Shown: positions 24,161-37,285 of the stretch, in pieces | Position numbering within the stretch: the stretch's first letter is position 1 | How the letters are laid out: every line of letters begins with the position of its first letter | Notes under the pieces: model-generated | What the model saw: only the letters and a program-made list of their open reading frames with translations | Database searches by the model: none | What the model was told of the DNA's origin: nothing | Position numbers and translations under genes: made by a program | Source of the DNA: Callorhinchus milii | Lineage: Eukaryota | Direction of reading: 5' to 3' | Length of the DNA: 64,000 nt | Assembly: GCF_018977255.1 (NCBI RefSeq) | Contig: NW_024704743.1 | Span: forward strand, 56,236,001 to 56,300,000

Positions 24161-25146
24161 CATGTTTGGGTACTCTTAAGCATGGTGAATGATTTCCACA
24201 TAGCAAACACCAGACTGACTTAAAAAAAACACACATGCACAGTGTCTTTTTTTCGCAGTGTATATTTGTATGTTTCACAATATTTTTTAAGCTAATTTTT
24301 CACAATTGTGCAAGTGGTGGAAATGGCATTCACAATGTATAGTTGTGCCCTCATTACTTTTAAGTGCAATAAGAAACATCAACAATTATAGCCCCCTTCA
24401 CGCGGAGCAACATCTCGGAGCGCTGAGAAATCTCGATTGCTTGGAAATTCTGTCTTTAAAGCAACGTTCAGAATTCTACCAACATAAAAACATAATATTC
24501 GCAAACTGGAACTGCTGATTTGTGTTTTCAGATTGAAATAGATTCATATTTTTTGAACAGGAATCACAACTGCCAAGCAGCAAAATATGGTAACAGCCAA
24601 GTAAACAAAACATTGTTTTCAGACTTTGCTAGCCTGACATTCATGGTTCATGAATAAAATTAACGCAATTGAATCTGAAGTTAACCAGTTAATTTATTTT
24701 CTGCTGTGTGCACAATACAAGGGGAATTAAAATTTGTGTATAGCTGTAGTGTGGGACCTGGGAACTGCGGAGGCTTGATGAATCAAATGGCCTCATCCAC
24801 TGGTGTAATTTCTATAGCTTTATGGCTCTCCTGGTGTGGTAAACTTGTGCAAGAAAATGAAGTTGAGATTTTGGTCTCAATAGAGTCAATTTGAAGACCA
24901 TTACATTGTTAATCTATTTTAGCAAATAGAATTGCATTTTGATTGAAAAAAACACCAATCTTTTGGATCTTTTGGAAAAAAACACCAATAATGGAATCAA
25001 AACTGATTTATCCAGACTTCAAACTGTACAGAGATGTTTTAGTTGTTGCTGTGTAATAGCTTAATAGGGCAAACTCCTTTTCTTTTCATTCCCTCCCAGG
25101 GGGGGTTCTAACTGATTCTATACACCAGTTTCGACAGCAAGTATTG

Positions 25147-25426
25147 GGAGTCCTTTAGAGTAGTGGTTAGCGCACTTGCCTCACAAGCGAGAGGCCCAAG
25201 ATGGTTTCCCATCCAGGGCTAAACCTTAGACAAGTTTCCTTACTTCACAAACAGTAAGTAGGTCACTCAATCCACAACTATTTGTGGAACATTGCTGTGC
25301 ACAATTGTCTGTGTCTTTCATCCATAAAGTATACAATCAATTCACATTACAGTATATTCTGTAAAACACTTTGAGATATCTCAATGGCATGATAAGGCAC
25401 TATAACAAACATAAATATTATTATTA
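25147..25426 (+). mobile_element. tRNA-headed SINE, diverged
   Basis: ggagtcc...gtggttagcgcacttgcctcacaagcgag head, caagtttccttact body, L2-like tail. Confidence 0.7.
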
Positions 25427-25744
25427 ATGTACTGGATGAAGGGCAGAGCCCAGCCAATTTAACCTCATCCTAACATTCAGCATCCACATGAGCTCTGCTG
25501 AAGTGGTGTCCATAAATGATCAGCAGATTTCTTTTCTCTGGCCATGACATGATGGCTTATCTTAGCGTCTGTACTGCTCTTCTAGATCAGATGATTGATT
25601 AGTTGCAATGGTCATGTTTTATGAATCACAGTTTCACTTTGTTTAGAGACAATGGATGAGAAATGTGACACTTGAGGTTAACACCATTGGGCTTGTGTAC
25701 ATCAAACTGATGTCAAAGTAACAAATGAAGCCCTCTCTCTCTGT

Positions 25745-27065
25745 GACTGGGGTTCCCTCTGCCTCCTCATTTCTCTTAGACCTCGCCGATTGACACAGTC
25801 AATCACACCATCCTTCTCCACTGTCTCTACTCCCTTATCCACCTTAGTGGAACTGCACTCACATGGTTCGAGTTCTACTTAACAAACCATCAATACATCT
25901 TGGCAAATCTTTTTTTCCTCCCGCCCGGTCACTTGTGGGGTACCTCAAGTCCCCTTCCTTGGCCCCCTTCTTTTCCTTATCTATAATCTCCATTTCGGCA
26001 GTGTCATCCGCAGACATGGGGTCAACTTCCACATGTTTGGGGATGACACCTAAATCTACTTCTCTTCCTCCAGCTGCGACTCCCAGTCCACTGATGTCCT
26101 CTTAGCTTGTTTAATGAACATCAAGGCCTAGATGAGTGCAAATTTCCTGCAGCTGAATGTTGGCAAGATGAAAGCCATACTCTTTGGCTCCCATCAATGT
26201 TTTCTCTCCTGCGGACCTGAACTCCTCAACCTCCCCAGGCTCTCGCTCAGACTGACCGAACTTGTGTGCTTAGGCATCAAGTTCGATCCCCAGCTTTCCT
26301 TTCTACCCCACATCCGTTCTCTGACCAGGACCACTTTTTCCCATCTCTGTTTCATTGCCCCCCTCCATCTATACCACACAACCAAAGCAGCTGAAACCCT
26401 CGTCCACGCCATCGTCACTTCCCGGCTGGACTATTCTAATGCCCTCCTCGCTGGTCTCTTCAACTCCACACCACACACAAAATCCAATTAATTCAAGACT
26501 CTGTTGTGCAGATACTAAGCTGCACAAAACTCTACCCCTATCCACCAGTCCTTGTCAGGCTTCACTGGGTCCCAATGGCTGAATGGGTCGATTTAAGAAT
26601 CTCTCACTTGTTTTCAAATCCCTTATGCCCTCACACATACCTACCTATCTAAATTGCTCATCCCCATTCTACCACCCACTGCCTCTGCTCAGCTAGCTCC
26701 AGCCTCCTGTTTTTCCCTTGTTCCCTCTGCTTCACCATCGGTGGCTGTGCCTTCAGCCACTACAACCCAAAACTCTAGAATTCTCTCCCACAACCCTTGC
26801 GCCTTGCCCCCTCCCACCCCACTTTCCCACCTAAGGAGAATGACAACAACAACTTGCACTTTTAAAGCGCCCTCCATGCAGGATAGTGTCTCAGAGCACT
26901 TAACAGTGGCGGAGACTGAAAAAGCCCTTACTTTGTGATCGTGCTTACTGTCACCTCCCCCCTCCCTCTTTCCCTGGCTCGGTGTCAGACTCTGCAACTG
27001 TCAAGCACTATGGGAAGCTACCCTGCATGCAGGGCGCAATATAAATGCATGTTGTTGTGTTGTTG
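25745..27065 (+). mobile_element. Decayed L2 LINE including RT remnants, with a nested antisense L2 tail at ~26840-26910
   Basis: FHMFGDDT (degenerate YADD), [12 protein letters not shown] and ETLVHAIVTSRLDYSNALLAGL; (TTG)n tail near 27060. Confidence 0.82.
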
Positions 27066-27814
27066 TGCCTGACTGGGGATATTGACATCTATTTTATGCA
27101 CCATGTGTAAACCATGAGTACAGACAGAATAGCAGATGCTCTTAATTAGATAATTAACCGACAATTACTAATTACATATTTAATAAATCGTATTCAAAAA
27201 AACATCAGGATGAAGGCATAAATTAAGATTAGATTAGCAAGATAGATTTGATTATACAGTACTAAGATAAAGGACAACAGTGTGAACTGAGTGGAAATTA
27301 ATTTAATTTGAATCATATTTCAGGTGTGTTTGTGTTTTTATGGTTAACATTCCTGGAAAAGCTTGTCCTGATACTTGAATCACTTTATTTCTTTGTACTG
27401 GATTTTGTTTTTTTTTCTGTTTGCATTTTTTGTACTGTGTGTGAACTGAAACCCTAAGCAAATGTCTAGGCCAGGGTGAGTCTGACTTCTCTGGATCTGC
27501 TTGGAGGCTGAAATTAAAAAGGTGACCTAGAGCTACTTATATAAGGGCAAGCTCATGCTGTTCTCAGTCATGTTAACTGCTTAGTTGTGTAACTTTAGAC
27601 TTCCATAGACAGTAAACATTGTGACTTTATACCAATGCACAGGTTATTCAACAAGAAGCTTGCACTTTTATACCACCTTTACAAAGGGTGTATGTTTCAC
27701 CCACAAAATGCAGTCAATCCACTTTACAACTTGTGAAGCTCTTTGAGACATTTTGACGACATGATAAGCCGCTGTATCAAAGCAAGTATTATAATGTTGT
27801 TGTTATTATGTTCT

Positions 27815-28370
27815 CAAAGAGCTTTACAATGATGAGTGAGAGCCTGAGCTGGGGGGGGAATTATAGAGCTGTGTGGGGGGGGAGTGGGGGGGGAGAAGGT
27901 GACTGAAGGTGCAGTCAAAGAAAGGTCTTGAAAGCAGAGAGAGAGAGAGTGGGAGGGTGAGGCCTTGAGATTTCGTAAGAGTTTCAGAGGGTGGAAAGTA
28001 AAGTGGCTGTATGCTGATGGTGGGGTGAAACAGTCTAGTCCATGAAGCAGGCCAAAGTTGACTATATTAAGGGAGTCACCAGGTGAGTAGGGGGACGGGA
28101 GATTGTGGAGCAAGTTTGTGATGTGAGAAGGAGGATCTTAAAGTTGATTCATTTGGGATAAGGAGCCAGTGGAGCCAGACCAGGGTGTGTGTGTGTGTGT
28201 GTTTGGAGGGGGGTGGTGGTGGTGGGGATGGGGAGTGATAGGTTTGTGAAGCCTTATGAGGAAAATGATATAGACTGTGACGTTCTGAATGCCGTGCAAT
28301 TTGTAAAGGGTGGAGCTGAGGCAGTGTCAGACTTGGTCAGAGCCAGGATGAAAGGTTTGAAGGACAGTTG
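27815..28370 (-). mobile_element. Old L2 LINE 3' fragment
   Basis: G-rich; ggagccagtggag (LHWLP) and gcagtcaaagaaaggtcttg match the younger L2 copies. Confidence 0.6.
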
Positions 28371-29834
28371 ACGGTCACAGTGATGCATCTATAAGTAAAC
28401 CAGGGTAATCTATAAGTAAACCAGGGTAATTGGCCTTTGGAGATTGGTTATTGTTGGTCCTGTTGTCTTATGGATCACAGTTTGATGACTTTGTTTAGGG
28501 AAAGCAGGTGAGAAATGTGACATCTAAGGTCAGCACTATGGTGCTGAATTCCCAAAACTGATATTTGAACATGAAAAGCAGCATCCAGGAGCTGTGCACA
28601 GCTGATAACACACTTTAAGAATATGTAAATCACGGATAATTGAAGGGCATTTTCCCTCATCCTCGTACACAACCAGAAGTGGTCATTTAATTGATGTGTA
28701 CACAAAGCCTTATAGCAGTGTTAGGATTTGTGAGAAAAAGTAAATAGTTTTCAAAAGTAAATCTCGCCTCATTGAGAATCGTCAAAAGTCCCTGACCACT
28801 GGAGGTTAATGTCAGTTGATCTATTGAGTGTTGGATACCCTTTGCAGCTTTACAAACCTTCTCCATCGATGGGTGGTATAACTTTTCAAAAGCTTATTTG
28901 TGTACTGGAAATGTCCTTCATAGAGCGAGGAAATGCTGAGAACATATTCCATTGGGACAGTGCATTCTAATCTGATTTTCTATACAGGTTTTATATTGTG
29001 GATAAACCATCGACAACATACAGTGTTTGTGCCACAGCATTAAAGTTGCACTGCAATGTCGATGCAAAATAAAGCAAAGAAAGTGAAATATAACACCTGT
29101 ACAGAAAATCAGATTAGAATGCATTATCCCCAATGATGTAAATTCTCAGAATCTCTCAACCCTTTCCACTCTACACAAACTTTTTAAAAGTTATCCTTTC
29201 AACTGCGTGAGGAATGAACTTAGGAATTGAAATTAAAGGGAAAACAAATTGCATGATATGAATTTTATATATTTTAATATGAACTTCCAAAATATGAAAT
29301 ATTCTGCAGTGGACTATTGTATACTTTGATTTAAATTCATGCATGTGGGTTGATTTATTTTCATAAGTTGTCAATTGTCAGTTATCTGAACTAGCTTCAA
29401 AATTATTTTGTTCTCAAAGTGACTTGAAGTAGTACTTGGAACTAATTTTAAAATTAAAATATTTTCATATTTTATAAAAACGACCGATGGAAAGTGTCTT
29501 CTCTAGTTAAGATGGACTTAAGTTAAGCTTCTCTGAATGCATCATTATTTCTGTGTTAAAAGAGATCATCAGTGCCCATTTGTAGTGTGAGACTTCAGTG
29601 TTGGAGGATTAAAAAGACTGATGGCTAATAAATCATACTGACATAGTTAAAGATCTCCTGGGGCCAATAAGGACCATCAATAGATCCAGCGTAGATGTGT
29701 GCTTGGACTTTTCTCAGCTGAATGCATTATTGTAGGTGGGGAATCAGTAAAATGCCCTTGATACTGAGAATAAATGGACCTGTTAATTTGTTTTAAAGAA
29801 ACAAATTTCTTGTAGCTGAACTAAAATCTATGGT

Positions 29835-29950
29835 AAAAAGAAAAGTTACGGATGCTAGAAATCAGAATAAACCAGCAAATGCTGGAAATCTACAGCAGCT
29901 CTCCAAAGATGTTAAAAATGTTTTGGTGTACAACCTCCATCAAAACTGAA
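29835..29950. mobile_element. Penelope-like element terminal fragment
   Basis: gatgctagaaatc...aaatgctggaaatctacagcag motif, related to 43076-43171. The minus strand shows a degenerate hammerhead-like core (ttgatgga...caaaac). Family assignment from memory. Confidence 0.45.
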
Positions 29951-30864
29951 ACTGCGAGCCTGGAAGACAATAATAATCATTAATTATAATAATCTTTGCA
30001 TTTGATGTAGATCCTTGTCACATCAATGTCTAAAAACACTAGAGTATCCTGTAAAGTGTAGCGATTGTGTATTAGTGAGCAAATACAGCAGCCAATTTGC
30101 ATACACCAATGTGTTACAAACAGCTATGAAGTGAATGATGACTGTTGGCAAAGACACTGGGGGGAAAACTCCCTTCTTGTTTCAAAGAGTACCGTGATAT
30201 CTATGACCTGAACTTCCAACACTGCACTAGAGTATCAATCTAGATTATGAACTGAAAATGCTGACATGGAAGGTGAGCCCCAAAACTTCCTTCCGTCTGC
30301 CTCATTTAGAAGAAGTTAAAAGACTTTTATCAATAAACAGCTGAATGTCTATGAACAGATTGTGAAATGCTGTTATTGGAAAGATGTAGTTGGGTAAACC
30401 AATGGTAAAAATGTTTAATACCAATACCTTAAAGGATTTGTTTTTTAATAAAATGATATAGGGCACAAACTTCCTTTTCTTTTCCTCCGGGACTCTTGTT
30501 CTCTGGCCTAAAGATATGTGTAAAATATCTTCAAACAATGGCCACACAACACCAAGAAGACAAAACTTAGGAGGAACATACATATTTGAGGTATCACTAG
30601 GTGAAAATAGTTACACATGACAATTGAAAAACATTTCAAGATGGGTATTAATTTGATATAACCAAACATGTCTGCTCAATCAACCCAAAGATTAGGCAAA
30701 GGTGAAATTCTTCCTGCTATTAAGAGTGATATTCTACAGTTATAAGGGGATCTTCCCTCATAATGTGTACATTATCAAAGTCAATATACAGTAACAGCTT
30801 TGCATTTATATAGGACTAGCTGTACCTGTTGCAGCTAAGTTTGCAACCAAAGGATCCAATATGG

Positions 30865-30980
30865 ATCCCCTCACCCTGACCATTTCCCCCCCAATGCTCG
30901 GGTCCTGACCCAACTGTCCAGCGCCTTGGGACGTCCTCCCGACGTGAAAGGCGCTCTATAAATGAAATGTTGTTGTTGTG
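30865..30980 (+). mobile_element. L2 3' UTR and tail
   Basis: Intact stem-loop AGCGCCTT-ggg-ACGTC-ctccc-GACGT-ga-AAGGCGCT followed by ctataaat and (TTG)n. Confidence 0.85.
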
Positions 30981-31379
30981 GAATGCAGATTGACACACAG
31001 ACAGACATTTCATTTTTATACTCCTGTGGGAGGACTCCTGTGGGAGGACTTGATTCTTTAAAAATGTAATTTTATTGTTGTTGCCATGGCTTAACTTCGT
31101 CTGTGTTCTTTATTTTGTTCCCGCCGCTTGGCTCTGTGCATGCTCTGTGATGTAGGATGAGACAGCGCCACTTTGACTCAGTGGCCACCAGGTGTAATTG
31201 CAGCAAAAAATGGCAAACTAAAAATAACTCATGAACGATAGAAGATACCCAGAAACAAATATGCCCATGTCATTCCCAGAGGCAAGACCTTTCTGATGAG
31301 GTATAAATCTTGTATCTACGTCAATCTGTTATTGAGATCCTTCTTGAAGCACAGACAGACATGGTCGTTTTATAAGTAT

Positions 31380-32330
31380 AAGAAGAAGATAAATCGAAGA
31401 TAGATAATGTCTTGGAGTGCTTCACAGTGGATCAGACAATAAGCAAACGAGAGAGAGGAGATGAAAGAGGTAGGTTTTAAAGATAAATTTAAAGACTGAT
31501 AGAGAAGCAAGGAGTTCCAGAGATTTTGGAGGGACGATGTATTTGGGGACAAGGAATGTAAAAGAAAGCCTCTAAATAATCCTATTCGGATTTTTGAAGT
31601 ACTGCTCCGAGCTGATCAACAAGAAATAGCAGATTGACCTACGTAAAGGACTCTTGGAAAAGATGTCCAACTCATCATCGTTTCCTTAATGCAAATTTGT
31701 TAAACAGGTTTTAGTTTCATCAGCAGACAAATAATCAAGTTTATTACGTATAATTATGGGGCAATCAACGAAAAATCAAAGATCAAAGAGATGGGGAGAG
31801 ATGAGTACATGAAGGGATTATAGGTAAGGGTGAGAACCTTAAAGTCAATCTAATGGGAGACAGTGGAGCTTGGTGAGATTTAGGGTGATGAGCGTGCGAT
31901 GAGGATGCCAGAGTTTGGGAACTGAATCTTGTAGATGGTGGAAGTGGACTGCATTAGAGAAGTCGACGTGAAAAGTAACAAAATGTAGATGAGGGTTTCA
32001 GCAACATTCGCTGTGAGATGGGAGAGGTGGGCAATGTGGTGTAGGTGAACAATAGTGATCTCAGTCAGCTGATGTGAGGAAGATGGGAGAGCTGAGGATC
32101 GAACTAGATGTCGAGATTGTGCACTGATTTGATGCTTTTGAAAGAGAGGGTCTAGGAAGGTTGATAAGGTCAGAGCTGGATGTGAAGAGGCATCAGCGGG
32201 AGCCGAGGAGAATGATTTCTGTCTAATCTATGTTAAGCTGCAGCAAACTGATGCTTATTCAGATCTTGATGTCTGACAGGCAGCCGGGAAGAACAACAGT
32301 GGAACTGGAATCAAGAGAACCAAGTGTATG
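31380..32330 (-). mobile_element. Old fragmented L2 LINE
   Basis: Minus-strand remnants such as CLSDIKI...LQLN; purine-rich + strand similar to other L2 copies. Confidence 0.5.
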
Positions 32331-33129
32331 GAAACGTACACAGGCGAGCTCCAGCTGTGAGATTGAGGCTTCATGCCAATAGATGCTGCAGATATCTTGA
32401 CATTTAAACTCTTACTGATTACAGTCTCTGGAGAAAAGCAACTTTAGACTCCAGCATTTTTAAAAATTAAATTTGGAGCTTTTGCACACGGATGGAACAA
32501 GCCAGCAAATCGTACAACACTGTATAAGTAATTTGCCTCAATTATATTTTGTCATATGGAGTAATTTTACTTCCCTGTCTTTAAAATTCATTAGATACAG
32601 AGCCTCAAGTCTAATAATCTCCAAGCCATGTGGGTCCTGGTCAGTGGTATATTTTACAGGTCATGCTTTAGTAGGACCCAGATTTAAAGCAGGATTCTGT
32701 AGTGACTGTAAAATAAATTCAAGTTTGGCATTTTACAATTTGTCAACCATCTTCTCTCATCACACGTGCCTATGGAACTCACACGGCTGGTGCCCTCTTG
32801 GGTCATTAACATAATTATGCAAACATTGACATTGTTTCAATTCTACAGCTATGCAGATGGCACTGAAACCGAAGACTGGAAAACTCAGCAGCTTTTTCAG
32901 CAACACCAAAGAAACTTGTGAAAGAGTTCCAGCAAGATGAACCTGCCAGATCTTAGCACAAGACGATTGCTAAAGTCTAGCTATAAATTAGAAGTGAATG
33001 GTGCCAGGTTTCCTCCTGTGTGATTGGCAAGTTGTGGAATACTCAATTTTGTCAACTTAATTTGGATACACATAAGGAATTCATTGTATTTAATATCTCA
33101 TGAGCTGTAACATCAGAGGTTCAAAATTA

Positions 33130-33345
33130 CAGAATCATAATTATACAGCACAGAAAGAGGCCATTCGGCCCATCGTGTCTGTGCCAGCTCTTTGAAAGGA
33201 GCTATCCAATTCAATCCCACTCTCCCAATGGCCCTGCAAAATTGTCCTCACTTTTCAAAATCGATCGGCTTCCATCACTCTTTCAGGCAAAGCATTCCAG
33301 ATCTGAACAACTTGCTGTGTGAAACAAATTCTCCTCATCTCCCAT
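33130..33345 (-). mobile_element. CR1 3' fragment
   Basis: acagcacagaaagaggccattcggcccatcgtgtctgtgccagctctttgaaagg is the reverse complement of the 3' UTR of the 17464-18071 copy. Confidence 0.75.
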
Positions 33346-33349
33346 TATT

Positions 33350-33676
33350 TTAATAATCCTTGCATTCTTACATCTTTGAGATGTCTCAAAGTGCTTTACA
33401 GAATATACTATAAAGTGGATTGACCATGTATTTTGTGAGCAAAACATAGCAGACAATTGTGCACAGCTGTGTCCCACAAACAGTCGTGGATTGAGTGACC
33501 AAATGTTTTTAAGAGATCCACCAATTGACTAACAATTGGGCTCTGACATACTGCTAAGTAAACAGAGGCATGTGGAATAAGGAAACTTGCCTAAGGTTTT
33601 GTCCTGCCATGGAATCGAACTCGAATCCTCTCGCTTGGGAGGCGAGTCCTCAAACTAATACATTACTGGACTCCAC
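33350..33676 (-). mobile_element. tRNA-headed SINE, long subfamily
   Basis: Same head and tail as the young SINE plus the extra cctctgtttacttagcagt segment. Confidence 0.75.
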
Positions 33677-35529
33677 ATTTATTAAATTCCACTGAGTCTT
33701 AATTTATAAGATAATGCAGATTTGTGGAAAATTCTTAAATTCAGTCTTAAATTTGGTAGACTACGTTATGGAGGTAGCAAAATGAACAGACTTCCAAATT
33801 GAGATTGAATTTGTCTGTAATTAAGTGATTTTGTTTTTATATATTGAAACAAAAGTCCTTTTTAAAAATAATTGTAGACCAAATAAAAAAATCAAATCCT
33901 CCAGTCTGATCTGTTTCTAAATAAGCATGCTGAAAAGGGCCCCATGAGTTTGGTTTTCATTTAAAATATGGGTCTGAAGGGGGGAAAAGAAGCAAATCTA
34001 AGAATTCTAGAAAGGAATTCGGTAAGAAAAAGGTGAGTAAAACAGCAAAGACTAGTTGAACTGAATGGCCTGTTTCTATGCTGTACAGTCTATGTAATTC
34101 TATTTACTTGATAATACTAATTATACTACTTATAATCTTTGCATTTGGTACAGCACATATAATTCCAAAAAGTCTCAAAGTGCTCATTGATATGTACTTT
34201 ACAGAATTTCAATGCAATGTAGTCACTGTTATTTGTAGACAACAGCAACAACAAAATTACACTTGTATAGCGTCTTTCATGTTGGGAGGACTTCCCATGG
34301 CACTGAACTTACATGGGAGCCAATTTGTGACAGCAATGCATCCCAGAAACAGCCATGAAGTGTTCAACAATTTTTAGCTGACCTGTCAGGACACTGAGAG
34401 AAACTCCTTTCTCTTTTCAAAAAGTTTCATGGGATCTTTAACATCCACCTAACCAGGTAGGCAAGAACCCACCCCACTCCCCCGGCTCATCCAAAAAACA
34501 GTGTCTGACAGTGTAGTCCTCACTCCCTCAGTACTGGGGGGGTCAGCCTAGACTGTGAACTCAATCTGTTTAACACAGTTCTGAATGACAGTTAACTTGT
34601 ACAAAGCATTGGCGTAACTGGGGTTACAAAGTGTTCTTACATGTTATTTCTCAACAGCTGGTTATTTAGACAGTAGAATAAACATTTGGCCATACAGAGC
34701 AGAAGTTGAGCATGCTTTAAAGTGCCTTGCGCAGGTGTCACACAAATACTTATCAGGCTTCCATTCAGGCAATCCACTGTTGTAACCTTGTGCAATTTTC
34801 TTTTACTTTGAATCGTTTTAAAAAATGCTCTTTTTAATCCATTGAATACATTTGCATTTGGTTAGTTAGGAGCTGTCATTTGTATTGGCCGCAGTAGCTG
34901 CAGCAACGGAAGATATTTCCCTTGTGGCTGAGTTTACACAGTCTCTCTGGGATATGGCTGGAGAGCAGAAAGTGTCTTATAGATGAAAGCTAGTAACCAT
35001 GTAGGAGCTGGCCTAATAAAGGTGGTGAATAGGATTCTGTCAGATGCAAGCACATGCATACACATCATGAAGTGCTCAAATTGTTTCAGAATGTAACTGT
35101 GGTATTTATCCACAAGAATGGTGATCCTAACAAAACCAAGAACAACTGAGTAATTTCACTGATATGGCTTTTGAGGTAGTGCTTCGGGTCATCACTGCAT
35201 GGTGTAATCAGAAAGGAACAGGTTGCATTCCATTATATTGAGGAGTGTCTGTGGCAAATAGTAGATTTGTTAATAAATAGGATTAATAAAAATCCTAATA
35301 TCGGATATGATAATAATAATCCTTGCATTTGATATAACGCTTTTCAAATTGTGAGGACATCTTAAAGCACATCAAAGGATGTACCGTAAAGTAATAATAT
35401 AATAATCCTTGCATTTGATATGAACATTTCATGTCAAGATGTGTATTTTATAGACACACTCATCAGACAATTTGCACACAGTAATGTTCCATAAACAGCT
35501 GTGAAGTGAACAACCAGATCTTTGACTGT

Positions 35530-36450
35530 ATCTGGGTATTGTATTCCAGTGTAAAGATCCATATAAAGTTGATGAGACTCACTGAGCCTATCCCCTTTCA
35601 AAGATGGGTAAGGTAAGGATGTCCACTGTTACCCACCCTATTTGATATATTCATCATGACATGTTGGACGACATCATTAGATACAGGATTGGACAGTGTG
35701 TTCCAGGCACTTCCAGAAAAACTATAGAGCTTTACTCTGTTCAGAACAGTCAGTCTTGCATGTTGACAGAACTTGGAGGAAAATGCCAATCACTGGGGCA
35801 GGGATTCTTCCTTCTCTGCTCCTGATAACTCTAGAACCTAAAGCTCCAATGAGTATGGTGGATCCAGTTGAACAAACAGTGGGGAGCTTGCCAGTCATTG
35901 TTCACATTGGCTAGATGTATGGATTAGCTGACTCCAACACAACCCCAAACCAGACTCGGGGATCTGCAAGCCTTGGATCTTCCCAACCTGTGCCTGTGTG
36001 CATCCCTCTGAGAGGAGTACATGTTCCATGCCAGACAAATGGAAGGAGTATGTGGATGTGTGTTTGCTTTGGAGACTCTCGAGCATGATGATGGGTTTCT
36101 GCACATTTGACACTTTGATGACCTTTTTTGTTTGAACAAGTACATGTAGAATCCCAACATGTTGTTCAAAGCTGGATTGTCCCAGAAATCCTTGTTGAGA
36201 ATGTTGTTTTGGTTTATGCCAATGTACATATAGCAAGGAAGCATTTACTGTGACCTGGTTTGGATCCAGACATCGTGTAAATCTCTCTGTGGGGATAAAC
36301 TTATGCCTTCAGGGTTTACAGCACTTGGAATAGATTTTTTTAAGCTTTTCAATGTTGTATTGCAAAAGATTGTGACTCCACAAACAATTTGATGCCCTGC
36401 CAGCAATTACCACTTGATATACCCTCAAGCTCTTATTAGATCACCTTGAA
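35530..36450 (+). mobile_element. Highly decayed non-LTR retrotransposon RT region (not L2/CR1)
   Basis: With frameshifts reads LYSSVKIHIK...LTEPIPFQRWVR*GCPLLPTLFDIFI(N)DMLD...VPG-LPEKL-RALLC, matching the RT GVRQGCPLSP..F motif followed by a degenerate LLFADD position. Confidence 0.65.
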
Positions 36451-36913
36451 CGAAATTAACTGGGAGTTTATATTGTGCATGCAAGAATACAAGTGTTATC
36501 ATGTATTGGCCTGCCAAAAGCAATTTGAAGAGCAATTATAACTCAGTTGTAGTTTGGATTAAATTTAGTGTCATCTTAAAATGGTCCAATCTGTATATTT
36601 CTATTAGAAATTTGTTGCTGAGGAAAGTTGCATTGGAGCAGATTTCCTTTTCCTGACATATTTTGGTTTGCAGAAGGAGTCCTCAACCTGGGCTTCTCCA
36701 TTTCCTGATGGAGTCTAGTAAAAAGAAATAGAATACAATTTACATTTGTACAGCACCTTTCGTGTCAGGAGGATATCCTGAATTGTTTGAGCATTCTGGG
36801 TGGGTACCGAAGCTGAGGGGTTGAGAAGGGGAAAGATAACCGAAAATGGTCAAATAAAAATAATAATATTAATAATCTTTGCATTTAACATAGTGCCTTA
36901 TCACGTCTTTGAG

Positions 36914-37285
36914 ATAATAATAATCCTTGCATTTGATAGATCACCTTAGCACATTTTTGAGACATCTGAAAGATCTTCACAGAATATACTATAAAGTGTA
37001 GTGACTGTATATTTTGTGGGTGAAACACGGTGCCAATTGCACACAGCAGTGTCCCTCAAACAGTCGTGGATTAAGTGACCAAATAAATTTTTATTTATTT
37101 TGAAGGAATTATTACCCTCGGTAAAGCGATCTGCCAATTGACTAACAACTGGGTTCCTACTTACTGCTAGGTAAACAGAGGCATGTGGAGTAAAGAAATT
37201 TGCCAACCATTTCACCCTGCCCGGGAATCAAATCCAGGTCCTCTTACTTGCGAGGCGAGTGCTCTAAACACTACACTACATGACT
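36914..37285 (-). mobile_element. tRNA-headed SINE, long subfamily
   Basis: Full head to (ATT)n tail on the minus strand, with the cctctgtttacctagcagtaagtagg segment. Confidence 0.8.
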
